Positions 30,576-41,737 of a DNA stretch of 64,000 nt are shown in pieces. A model generated the notes under the pieces. That model searched no databases and was not told the origin of the DNA. It saw only the letters and a program-made list of their open reading frames with translations. Location of the stretch: positions 204,383-268,382 of the forward strand of contig JAYRIM010000028.1 of the NCBI GenBank assembly GCA_041906785.1. The letters are read 5' to 3'. Source of the DNA: Candidatus Levyibacteriota bacterium. GTDB taxonomy: Bacteria; Patescibacteriota; Microgenomatia; Levybacterales; UBA12049. Within the stretch, counting starts at the first letter, position 1, and the number at the start of each line of letters is the position of its first letter. Position numbers and translations under genes: made by a program.

Positions 30576-31609
30576 TACGTTTCATATTAGCTATAAGTGT
30601 ATACTTATCTCATGTTCAGAGGCATTTTAATGTATCCTTGTTTGGTTTACAATTAGTTGGTGGAGAGGTTGCGGTAGTGTCTTTTTTTATTATCTCAGGT
30701 TTTTATATATCATTGATTTTAAACGAAAAATATATTGATAAAAATGACTCTTTCTTTTTATATATTTCGAATCGCTTTTTAAGAATTTATCCCTTGTACT
30801 GGTTAATCCTGGTTCTGTCTTTTACATACTTTATTACAATTCGTGACAAGATATTTGAGTATATACTTATCTTCCCAAGTACTTTCATCAATGTGCTACA
30901 TCTCTTGCAAAGCATATTCCAAAATTTATTTCTTTTTACTTCTATCAGTTACTTTATTCATATTCCTTATATGTATACGCGATTTATTGTAGAACCTGCA
31001 TGGAGTTTGGGAGTTGAGTTAATATTTTATATCCTTGCACCTTTTCTTGTAAAAGGTGGGATAAGAAAGACGTTTTTTATACTAATTTTTTCATTACTAC
31101 TTCGTATATACGTTACTCATATTAATATATTTTATCCTGTATATAGCTTGCCTTTTCTTTTTCTCCCAAACTTATATTTTTTTATGCTTGGGGCTATGTC
31201 TTTTCAAATATTTAAAAAAATTAAAAAACCTTTAAATTCTAAACTATATTATAGTCTGACAATAGTTGTTTTAATATATATATTACTTTATAACTTCATT
31301 CCAATTTTGTTTTTCTCTACTTTCAAGCGTCATATTCTTTATATTCTTATTTTTATATGCACGCCTTTTTTATTTATCATTGATACGAAAATTAAATACT
31401 TTTTTTTCTTAGGGGAGTTATCTTATCCTATTTATCTCTCTCATTTTCTTACTTTACTTGTCATTAACCATATCTCATTTCTTTCATTAAAAAACAGCTG
31501 GAGTGTTTTAGCTGCTACATTTATTGTATTTTTTATTTCTTATTTGTTAAAAAAATATGTTGCTGATCCTATAAATATATACCGTATAAATAGGATAAAA
31601 AGAAAATGA
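30542..31609 (+). CDS. acyltransferase family 3 (OafA/YrhL-like) membrane protein
   Basis: N-terminal GLIRFILAISVYLSHV and VSFFIISGFYIS match AT3 motifs. The real start is probably the Met at 30566, since the track start overlaps the upstream gene by 34 nt. Confidence 0.55.
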   Translation: MDVGFNRIMGLIRFILAISVYLSHVQRHFNVSLFGLQLVGGEVAVVSFFIISGFYISLILNEKYIDKNDSFFLYISNRFLRIYPLYWLILVLSFTYFITIRDKIFEYILIFPSTFINVLHLLQSIFQNLFLFTSISYFIHIPYMYTRFIVEPAWSLGVELIFYILAPFLVKGGIRKTFFILIFSLLLRIYVTHINIFYPVYSLPFLFLPNLYFFMLGAMSFQIFKKIKKPLNSKLYYSLTIVVLIYILLYNFIPILFFSTFKRHILYILIFICTPFLFIIDTKIKYFFFLGELSYPIYLSHFLTLLVINHISFLSLKNSWSVLAATFIVFFISYLLKKYVADPINIYRINRIKRK

Positions 31610-31682
31610 CTTAGGTAGTTATTACAAAAAAAAATTGATGGCTTTTTACGGAGTATATATTATATTTCTGCAGTATTAGAGT

Positions 31683-32870
31683 ATGTCACATATTAAATTA
31701 ATTGCAAATTTACTGTTGATTGTTTTTTTTATTATTGTTTCCTCTTATTTTTACTATGGAATGAGGATAAAAAAAGCATACAGCGAAGATTACAATGTTC
31801 CAATAGCAGAAACAATTATCTCAGGAAATTTTCTAACTATTCATTCTGACATAACCCCTTTTTTATATTTTCCAGGCTCTTCTCATTTTATTTTAGTACC
31901 ATTTGTCCTATTAGGATTTCCTAACCTTTTTGGTTTATTGAGTTTCATATTGTTATTTTTAGCATGCAAGAAACTCGGGGAGGTATTTGGTCTTAATAAA
32001 TATATGTCAATAATATTTGCAGCCGGTTTTTGTTCGACTATGTCTGTTGTTAGAACTATAGGGGATCAAAGTATTGATAAGTGGTTATGTTTTTGGTTTA
32101 TTCTAAGTTTGATACTACTTGAAAAGCCACAAAAAAACTTTAAATACTCATTACTTATTGGTTTTTCGTTTGGGATGCTAATTGGTACAAAATATTCAGG
32201 TCCGCTCTTCTTTTTGGCATTATTACCTTTATATTTGAAAACACTTTCGACGTACTTGAACCCGGTACGTTTTTTCCTTGCCAGTATTGTTTTCACAATT
32301 ACTGGGTTGTTTTGGTATATACGGAATTTTATTTTAGAAGGAAACCCAATGTATCCTGCAAATTTGCCCTTTTTTAAAGGTTGGCCTAATTATACTCAGC
32401 AGGACTGGATGTTATGGAGGATTCCTTTTAATTATCCGAGAAACTTGATTGATGTTTTTAATGCTTTTTTATCTGAATATACTATCTGGGCAACTTCAGG
32501 CTTATTAATTGTTTGGTTTGTAATAACTTCTAATCGCAAAAGACGGGTAATTGAAAGTAAGACGCTACGAATTATCTATTTGATTATTAGTACTGCTTTT
32601 GTATCTTTTATGCTTCCAGTAATACCCCCTTATAAAGAGGTATTATCTGTCACGATCTCAAACATGCGATATATTTATATTTTGGTAATTTTAATGATGT
32701 TAGCAGTTTTTCTTATAGTAGATAGGTATAAAAAGAATTCTCTTCTTGCTTCTGTTGTATTAATAAATGCTATTCCTTCCTTTTCATACATTCCATATCA
32801 GCCAAAAATATTAATATTTTGTATTTTGTTAATGATAATGGTGTATTCGAAACGGAAGTGGTTATTATAA
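31683..32870 (+). CDS. polytopic membrane protein (about 11 TM), unknown
   Basis: 395 aa, almost entirely hydrophobic helices. Location in the glycosylation locus. Confidence 0.4.
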   Translation: MSHIKLIANLLLIVFFIIVSSYFYYGMRIKKAYSEDYNVPIAETIISGNFLTIHSDITPFLYFPGSSHFILVPFVLLGFPNLFGLLSFILLFLACKKLGEVFGLNKYMSIIFAAGFCSTMSVVRTIGDQSIDKWLCFWFILSLILLEKPQKNFKYSLLIGFSFGMLIGTKYSGPLFFLALLPLYLKTLSTYLNPVRFFLASIVFTITGLFWYIRNFILEGNPMYPANLPFFKGWPNYTQQDWMLWRIPFNYPRNLIDVFNAFLSEYTIWATSGLLIVWFVITSNRKRRVIESKTLRIIYLIISTAFVSFMLPVIPPYKEVLSVTISNMRYIYILVILMMLAVFLIVDRYKKNSLLASVVLINAIPSFSYIPYQPKILIFCILLMIMVYSKRKWLL

Positions 32871-32957
32871 TTGCCTCTAAATTTAACGCAGATGCTATTG
32901 TTTTATCCTCTTGACATTTAACTTTATTTAAAATATCGTCTATTATAGATAGAGTTT

Positions 32958-34835
32958 ATGTGTAATAAGCAAGGTTTTATTACTACGTTATTTCTGGCGT
33001 TGTTGTTTATAATTATTTACTTTCTTTTACCGCCCATAACTACTGCAAGCGTTTCTTTTGTTGATGGATTCAGTGGGAATAATACAACCCTTCAACAATA
33101 TAATAGTAACTATCAAAGTTGGGAAGGGCAAATCTACGTAGATGAAGATCATGCTTATACTAATGATGGTTTTGGGGCATTTGCTATCTATACCGGCTTT
33201 AGTCAGACTAATAATTGTACCTCTATAGATTTTCGTTCTGACGGTTGGGTAAGTATACTTTTACGAACTAAATTCAATTTTTTGCAGACCGATAGAATCG
33301 ATCTCATAGATGGATCTTGGTGGCGGTATTTTCATAATAGTAATAGCGTTACAGAAATGGGTAATCTTTCATCAGGACTTACCTTTGACAGATTCAGTCC
33401 TACTATTCATACACTCAAAGCTTGTGCAAGTGGAACAACTTTGACAGCATACATAGATAATCAACAATTTTGGACTGGACAATCTACAAATACTGGTGGC
33501 TATTCAGGTTTTGGAGCCTACGAGCCTACTTCATATCTTGATAACTTCAAAATAGAAACAATTTTAAGTGGATTGGAGGTTCCTTATTTCAGCCAAAATG
33601 CTAATCCGTGGGGACCAAGTGAATATGATCATACTATTGCATTAGGAGCGACTGCAATGGATGCTACCATGGATAGATGGGGCTGTGCGGTGACTTCGGC
33701 AGCGATGATTCTCAGATATCACGGCATGGATGAGATAAGTAATGGGACACCACTTGATCCTGGAAGTCTAAATAATTGGTTAAAAAATAATAAAGGTTAT
33801 TTAACAGGTAAAACGAAAGATGGTTGGTATTCTTATCTTAGTTGGCCTTCTATAAGCAAATTAACTAAACAGTTATATGATATAGGAAAATCAAATACAA
33901 AACTTGAATACAAAAGAGCTCCCCAGTCACAAATGACTGACTTGCTTAATAATGATTTGCAAAATGATATCCCCGCAATCGTACATGTAACTTCCCGCAC
34001 AGGTTTCAATGGCTCAATTGGACATTTTGTTGTAGCAACGGGAGTACAAAATAATACCCATATCATAAATGATCCAGAATGGAACTACTCCACGTTGGCA
34101 AGTTTTAATAATTATTTTGATCAAGTTGATCGATATATTCCATCAAATACAAATCTCTCTTATATCAATCTTGTTGTGAATCCAGAGGTGGAAATACTGG
34201 TCACTGATGACCAAGGAAGAAAAACAGGAAAAATTATAAAAGATGGACAAACACAAACTTTTAGTCAAATTCCTGATGCAATATATGGGTATGAATCTTC
34301 TATAGATAATCCGGATCCATTATCTCTTTTGCAGAGATTCGGCACTGGTGTACATTCATTTCTACTTCCGAAGCCGGAAAATGGAACTTATACATTTACT
34401 ATTTCCGGAGGTGATGTAAAAGATTTTGCCTTGAACGTGGCTTTATTTGAAAGTGATGGCGATGACACACTTACACCACTTCATGGGTATGTAGGCCAAT
34501 ATTCTGAAGAATCATTTCAAGTTTCCTTTGATCAATCAAACCTTGCAGAAGTTACAAGACAAGTGAATTTCGATAGTTTGATAAATGATACTTATCAAGA
34601 TGTTTATCAACAAAGAGAGAGTAATGGGATTTCTAGAGATAATATCTCAAATCATTTACTTCGATTGCTTACTCAAACAGCAAAAGAGTACCGGCTGGGT
34701 AGGTATGATCATGTAAATCGTAAGCTTGATCAATTTGAGGATCTTCTCAATCGGGAAAAAGGGAATTGGATTACAGAAGACGCTTACCAAGGATTAATGG
34801 AGGATTTAACAGCTTTGAGAGCTCAGATTCAGTAG
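32958..34835 (+). CDS. secreted/anchored protein with lectin-like (jelly-roll) domain and C39-like papain-fold peptidase domain
   Basis: N-terminal signal/anchor (FITTLFLALLFIIIYFLL). Central WGCAVTSAAMILRYHG (Cys) ... IGHFVVATG (His) matches the Peptidase_C39_2 catalytic dyad pattern. Confidence 0.5.
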   Translation: MCNKQGFITTLFLALLFIIIYFLLPPITTASVSFVDGFSGNNTTLQQYNSNYQSWEGQIYVDEDHAYTNDGFGAFAIYTGFSQTNNCTSIDFRSDGWVSILLRTKFNFLQTDRIDLIDGSWWRYFHNSNSVTEMGNLSSGLTFDRFSPTIHTLKACASGTTLTAYIDNQQFWTGQSTNTGGYSGFGAYEPTSYLDNFKIETILSGLEVPYFSQNANPWGPSEYDHTIALGATAMDATMDRWGCAVTSAAMILRYHGMDEISNGTPLDPGSLNNWLKNNKGYLTGKTKDGWYSYLSWPSISKLTKQLYDIGKSNTKLEYKRAPQSQMTDLLNNDLQNDIPAIVHVTSRTGFNGSIGHFVVATGVQNNTHIINDPEWNYSTLASFNNYFDQVDRYIPSNTNLSYINLVVNPEVEILVTDDQGRKTGKIIKDGQTQTFSQIPDAIYGYESSIDNPDPLSLLQRFGTGVHSFLLPKPENGTYTFTISGGDVKDFALNVALFESDGDDTLTPLHGYVGQYSEESFQVSFDQSNLAEVTRQVNFDSLINDTYQDVYQQRESNGISRDNISNHLLRLLTQTAKEYRLGRYDHVNRKLDQFEDLLNREKGNWITEDAYQGLMEDLTALRAQIQ

Positions 34836-34875
34836 TTTAATCTTCTTTTAGATGCTTAATCTCAAACACAATATA

Positions 34876-35030
34876 GGGGCCGGTTTCGTATACTTTTTGT
34901 TGTTGTTGTATCAAAGTAGCTTTTTGTTGGTAATGGGATCTCTCCCTGGTTGGTCCTACCCTTGTCAAGCTCGCCTCGTAGCGAAGCAGGCAAGCGAGTT
35001 CACCCCAAGTCGGTCTCCGCTGGATCAGGA
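34876..35030 (+). ncRNA. candidate structured ncRNA in a G+C-rich island (possibly SRP-RNA-like); strand uncertain
   Basis: Between two convergent gene ends. Locally much higher G+C than surroundings. Long imperfect helix (CUUG...GUCAAGCUCGC / GCGAGUUCAC...CAAG). Contains GAAGCAGGCAAGCGAG resembling the SRP RNA helix-8 string GAAGCAGCCAAGGCAG, but no clean GNRA apical loop. Confidence 0.3.
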
Positions 35031-35043
35031 TAAAATATTCATT

Positions 35044-35856
35044 TTAAGGTGAATAATTCACTTTTATTTCTTTTTCAGTTTTATTGCCAGCTTCATCAAT
35101 CGCAACAACTTTTATAGTATTATCACCATCTTTCAAAGCAAGAGTATATGAAAAACTACCGTTTGTTTTCGTTACAGCGATAAAATCATTTACTCTTACT
35201 GATGCGCCTTCTGCTGTTTTTCCTCTCACTACTATAGTTCTACTGTTATTTCCTGAATATCTATCTCCCTCGCTCGGCTCATCAACAGTTAACTCAGGTG
35301 GTTCTTTCAAATATGATATTTGTTCAATATTTGAGAAATTACTTTTTTGTTTTTCTAAAACTACCTGAGCCTTGAGTTCGTTTTTTCCTTCTTTTAAAGT
35401 AACGTCTTTAAAGGAAAAAGAACTTTTCTTAATATCTGCTACATCTGCTAAATTATCATTTACATACAGACGAATTTTTCCTTCCTTTTGCCCTGAGATT
35501 TGTCCTGAAACAACGATAGTAGCACTATTCGTTGCTTTTGGCAGAGGATCAAGGACAGGAGGTGCAATGTAAAGCATGGTATCAGATGTTTTTTGAGAAT
35601 CACTATTTGTATTCGCTTTACTTAATAGCAGACTAAATTGGATAACAGCATTTGGTCCCCAAATTAAAAGTCCACAAATAATAACAATAATGCCGAAAAC
35701 AGTTAGAATAAGACTTCTTTTCGATTGGGTTTCTAATCTTCGCTTCATTCGGGACTTAGACATAGCTTCATTATTGCTATTTTCTTTCGGGGTTTCAAGA
35801 GAGCTTTCCTCCTCTAACATATCTGGTATTTCATCAACTTGAGTTTTCTTTTTCAT
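35044..35856 (-). CDS. membrane-anchored surface protein with Ig-like beta-sandwich repeats
   Basis: 270 aa. Charged N-terminus, one TM (LILTVFGIIVIICGLLIW), then Thr/Ser/Val-rich repeats typical of bacterial Ig-like domains. Confidence 0.45.
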   Translation of the reverse strand: MKKKTQVDEIPDMLEEESSLETPKENSNNEAMSKSRMKRRLETQSKRSLILTVFGIIVIICGLLIWGPNAVIQFSLLLSKANTNSDSQKTSDTMLYIAPPVLDPLPKATNSATIVVSGQISGQKEGKIRLYVNDNLADVADIKKSSFSFKDVTLKEGKNELKAQVVLEKQKSNFSNIEQISYLKEPPELTVDEPSEGDRYSGNNSRTIVVRGKTAEGASVRVNDFIAVTKTNGSFSYTLALKDGDNTIKVVAIDEAGNKTEKEIKVNYSP

Positions 35857-35871
35857 AATTATAATTTTTTT

Positions 35872-35946
35872 TGGAGCCGATGGTGAGATTTGAACTCACG
35901 ACTTGCTCTTTACGAAAGAGCTACTCTACCACTGAGTTACATCGGC
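35872..35946 (-). tRNA. tRNA-Thr (anticodon CGT)
   Basis: Reverse complement GCCGATG-TA-ACTC-AGTGGTA-GAGT-A-GCTCT-TTCGTAA-AGAGC-AAGTC-GTGAG-TTCAAAT-CTCAC-CATCGGC-T-CCA. Full cloverleaf, G53-C61, CCA encoded. Confidence 0.88.
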
Positions 35947-36003
35947 TTTTGTCACCCTGAACGAAGTGAAGGGTCTTAAGATAGAAAGCTAGTCTATTTG
36001 ACA

Positions 36004-36034
36004 GATTCTTCGCTACGCTCAGAATGACATTATT
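36004..36034. repeat. intergenic repeat copy A (GATTCTTCGCTACGCTCAGAATGACATTATT)
   Basis: About 28/32 identical to copy B at 36571-36603. Shared core TTCGCTA(A)CGCTCA with copy C at 40835-40865. Lies 3-prime of atpC. Confidence 0.6.
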
Positions 36035-36099
36035 GTATGAAATTTGAATACAGAAGGCAAATAGCTGTAAGGATTCAGAAAATGATCTAATAAATAAAT

Positions 36100-36510
36100 T
36101 TATCTTCGTCTTCTCCTGCGGGCGACATCAATCTCTAGAAGAGATTTTCGAAGTTCTGCTTCAGCTATCGCAAAATCTTTCTCACTTATTTGTTCCTTCT
36201 TCTTTTTTAGTACTTCCTCAGCTCTTTTCTGGGCTGCAATCGCTTTCTCTATGTCAATATCTTCCGCATGAGCTGCATAATCTGCTAAAACAGTTATGAC
36301 TCCATCATGTACTTGTAAAAAGCCCCCGGTAATTGCATAAAAACGTTCTTTATTATTTTTTTTCATGACTAACTCTCCATGAGTTAATTGTGTAATTAAA
36401 TTAATATGATGAGGTAAAATACCGATTTGTCCTTTTATTGTAGGAGCTAATACTTCATCGATTTCTTCTTTTAATACTGTTTTTTCAGGAGTAATAATTT
36501 CGAGTTGCAT
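36100..36510 (-). CDS. atpC: F0F1 ATP synthase epsilon subunit
   Basis: 136 aa; MQLEIITPEKTVLKEEIDEVLAPTIKGQIGILPHHINLITQL...; last gene of the atpBEFHAGDC order. Confidence 0.85.
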   Translation of the reverse strand: MQLEIITPEKTVLKEEIDEVLAPTIKGQIGILPHHINLITQLTHGELVMKKNNKERFYAITGGFLQVHDGVITVLADYAAHAEDIDIEKAIAAQKRAEEVLKKKKEQISEKDFAIAEAELRKSLLEIDVARRRRRR

Positions 36511-36570
36511 ATTTAGATTGTCATCCTGATCCGTTAGCTAGCGGAGAAGGATCTTTTTTAATTGTTAGGG

Positions 36571-38866
<2,296 letters not shown>

Positions 38867-38913
38867 ATTTAAAAGTGATTAGTTGATCCAAATAATTTAC
38901 TCTTCACTATCAT

Positions 38914-40497
38914 CTATTCACTACTTTCTGATTTATAGACTTTTTTAAATCCATCCAGTGTTTTTTTCATTTTTTCTTGCATCTCATCTGTCAGCTTTTC
39001 TCCGCTAGAAAGTTCTTCAAGAAGTTTCGGAACATGCATCTGAACGTATTCGTGGAGTTGAGATTCAAAAGATAAAACCTCATCAATACTAATATCATCC
39101 ATATATCCATTTGTTACTGCAAACAAACTCAATACTTCTAACGATTCTGGTAGAGGAGCGTATTGCGGCTGTTTTAATATTTCGACAATTCTTTTTCCTC
39201 TCTCTAGCTGCTTTAGAGTTGCTTCATCAAGTTCGCTTCCAAACTGAGCGAAGGCGGCAAGTGAATTATATTGTGCTAATTCAAGACGTAGTCTTCCGGA
39301 AACGCTTTTTATTGTTTTTGTTTGTGCAGCACCTCCTACGCGTGAAACTGAATTTCCTGGATTTATGGCCGGCCGCACTCCTATATTAAATAAACTTGAT
39401 TCCAGATAAATTTGTCCATCGGTTATAGAAATAACATTTGTAGGAATATATGCAGAAATATCACTTGCTTGTGTTTCAATGATTGGTAAGGCTGTAATGG
39501 AGCCTCCACCGTGTTCTTTATTCAATTTTACAGATCTTTCTAATAAGCGGCTATGAAGGTAAAAAATGTCGCCTGGATATGCTTCTCTTCCAGCTGGGCG
39601 TTGTAAAACAAGTGAAAGCTGTCTATATGCCCATGCGTGTTTTGTTAAGTCGTCATATACAATAAGAACATCATCGCCTTTTTCCATAAAGTATTCTGCA
39701 ATCGCTGTTCCAGCATATGGTGCGAGATATTGAAGAGCTGCAGGCGAACTCGACGGTGCAGCAACGACCAATGTATAATCCATAGCACCTCTCTCTTTCA
39801 AAATAGAAACTGTCTGTGCGATCGAACTTTGCTTTTGACCAATTGCTACATAGATACAAATAACAGGTTTTTGGTCATTAGTCTTTGGTTTTTTGTTTTC
39901 TTTTTTATCTTCAACTTTTTGATTAAGGATTGTGTCGATTGCAATTGCTGTTTTTCCCAATCCGCGGTCACCGATAATAAGTTCCCGCTGACCTCTTCCG
40001 ATAGGGATCATAGAGTCGATAGCTTTAATGCCTGTTTTTAAAGGCGTATTAACTGGCTCGCGATCAACAACTCCAGCAGCAATTCTTTCTAATGGCATGG
40101 ATTTTACTGATTTTACAGGTGGTTTACCATCAAGGGGATCTCCGATTGGATCAATAATTCTTCCAAGAACCTCATCCGATGCCCCAATGCTAAGGAGTGT
40201 ATTTGTTCGTTTTATTGTATCGCCTTCTTTAATGTCTGCATCTTGGCTAAGGAGAATTATTGAAGCACTATCTTCTGAGAGATTTAAAACAACTCCTCTT
40301 GCTCGGTTTTCAAATGTAACTATTTCTCCCATCGCAACTTTCGATAATCCGGAAGCGCTGATAACTCCGTCATTGTTTTTTTCTACTCGTCCTACATGCT
40401 CTTCTTGAGCATTTGATGAAAATGAAGATAACCTTTTTTCTAATTGTTTAATAATATTCGATTCGTCTATCATATGGTTACTGTTCAACAAACTCAA
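38914..40497 (-). CDS. atpA: F0F1 ATP synthase alpha subunit
   Basis: Walker A GDRGLGKT; 527 aa. Confidence 0.97.
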   Translation of the reverse strand: MSLLNSNHMIDESNIIKQLEKRLSSFSSNAQEEHVGRVEKNNDGVISASGLSKVAMGEIVTFENRARGVVLNLSEDSASIILLSQDADIKEGDTIKRTNTLLSIGASDEVLGRIIDPIGDPLDGKPPVKSVKSMPLERIAAGVVDREPVNTPLKTGIKAIDSMIPIGRGQRELIIGDRGLGKTAIAIDTILNQKVEDKKENKKPKTNDQKPVICIYVAIGQKQSSIAQTVSILKERGAMDYTLVVAAPSSSPAALQYLAPYAGTAIAEYFMEKGDDVLIVYDDLTKHAWAYRQLSLVLQRPAGREAYPGDIFYLHSRLLERSVKLNKEHGGGSITALPIIETQASDISAYIPTNVISITDGQIYLESSLFNIGVRPAINPGNSVSRVGGAAQTKTIKSVSGRLRLELAQYNSLAAFAQFGSELDEATLKQLERGKRIVEILKQPQYAPLPESLEVLSLFAVTNGYMDDISIDEVLSFESQLHEYVQMHVPKLLEELSSGEKLTDEMQEKMKKTLDGFKKVYKSESSE

Positions 40498-40828
40498 TTA
40501 TATCATTTAAATTTTTTAACACATTAAAATTGAATATGTCGTCATTGTTTATTATTCGTATACCTGCCAGTAAAGAAGGATTTTCTTTAAAAATTATTCT
40601 TTTTTTTGGGAATATATCTTTCAACAACATTAAATCATCTGTAATTTTCGCTGATTCGATATAGATTGTACGTTTTTTTTCTGCTGCGCGTAAAAACTTA
40701 ATGTATTCTTTCAGTTCTTCTCGTGTGAGAAGATCAGCGATAGCGAAAACTTGCTTTTCATCTAATTGGCCATTTTTGTAACTTTCTTGAATTAATTGTT
40801 TTAGTAATTTTTTTGTCATAATACTCAA
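40478..40828 (-). CDS. atpH: F0F1 ATP synthase delta subunit (unusually short, 116 aa)
   Basis: Position between atpF and atpA, with C-terminal LAGIRI... delta-like region. TTG start. 20-nt overlap with atpA. Confidence 0.6.
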   Translation of the reverse strand: MSIMTKKLLKQLIQESYKNGQLDEKQVFAIADLLTREELKEYIKFLRAAEKKRTIYIESAKITDDLMLLKDIFPKKRIIFKENPSLLAGIRIINNDDIFNFNVLKNLNDIIEFVEQ

Positions 40829-40834
40829 TTGTTG

Positions 40835-40865
40835 GATTGTTTCGTTCGCTAACGCTCACTTATTG
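40835..40865. repeat. intergenic repeat copy C (degenerate; GATTGTTTCGTTCGCTAACGCTCACTTATT)
   Basis: In the atpF-atpH spacer. Shares the TTCGCTA(A)CGCTCA core and the GATT/TTATT flanks with copies A and B. Confidence 0.45.
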
Positions 40866-40921
40866 TTCGATTATTATTAACAATTGAACAATAGATCAAT
40901 AGAACAATTTATTTTATGAAT

Positions 40922-41428
40922 TCAGTCCACTTTCTCTCGTAATTTCTTCATAGCATTTTTCATAATCAACTCCTGTTCTTGTGGACCGAATAAGTCTTGG
41001 ACAGTTTGTTCAAGAAACTGCACTGCAAGCCTGCTAACATGACTTGCGATTCTTTTCTCTGCTTGCCCAGTTTCAAAAGCAATTTGTTGTCTCGCTTCTT
41101 GTAACATCGCATCTACTCGAGCTTTAGTGGAGACTTCTGCTTTTTGAAGCATATCATCTCTTTCTGCTTTTGCTTCTTCAATCATTTTTCGGGCTTCTTC
41201 TTGAGCTTTCTTTACTATTTGTTCTTCTTTTATCAGCGTTTCTTGTAAGTGTTTCTCAGCTTCTTCTGCGTTTTTTAAACCTTCTGCAATTCTCTGCTTT
41301 CTCTCTTCAAGCATTTTCAGCATAGGTTTATATAGAAACTTTTTCAAGATGAAAAATATCACAAAAAAGTTTACTATTTGGGCAAAAAATAATATTGGTT
41401 CGAAACCAAATTGTCCTAATATTTGCAT
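40922..41428 (-). CDS. atpF: F0F1 ATP synthase subunit b
   Basis: 168 aa. N-terminal TM then long charged coiled-coil (AEEAEKHLQETLIKEEQIVKKAQEEARK...). Confidence 0.8.
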   Translation of the reverse strand: MQILGQFGFEPILFFAQIVNFFVIFFILKKFLYKPMLKMLEERKQRIAEGLKNAEEAEKHLQETLIKEEQIVKKAQEEARKMIEEAKAERDDMLQKAEVSTKARVDAMLQEARQQIAFETGQAEKRIASHVSRLAVQFLEQTVQDLFGPQEQELIMKNAMKKLREKVD

Positions 41429-41443
41429 ATATGAATGACTAAC

Positions 41444-41529
41444 GATCCCACGCTCTATCTAAAAGCACGGGATCCTTCGTCATTCCGAATATATCGGAAT
41501 TCCTCAGGATGCTCCCGATGTACATCGGG
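41444..41529 (-). promoter_or_regulatory. three consecutive stem-loops in the atpE-atpF spacer
   Basis: Inverted repeats GATCCC...GGGATC (41444-41474), TTCCGA-ATATA-TCGGAA (41483-41499) and CCCGATG-TA-CATCGGG (41514-41529) on the mRNA strand directly after atpE. Confidence 0.45.
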
Positions 41530-41530
41530 G

Positions 41531-41737
<207 letters not shown>

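Noticed and set aside
34852-35052. 66-aa ORF (MLNLKHNIGAGFVYFLLLLYQ...)
   Set aside because: It lies entirely in the G+C-rich structured island between two convergent genes. It is more plausibly RNA than protein, and its composition is unlike local genes.
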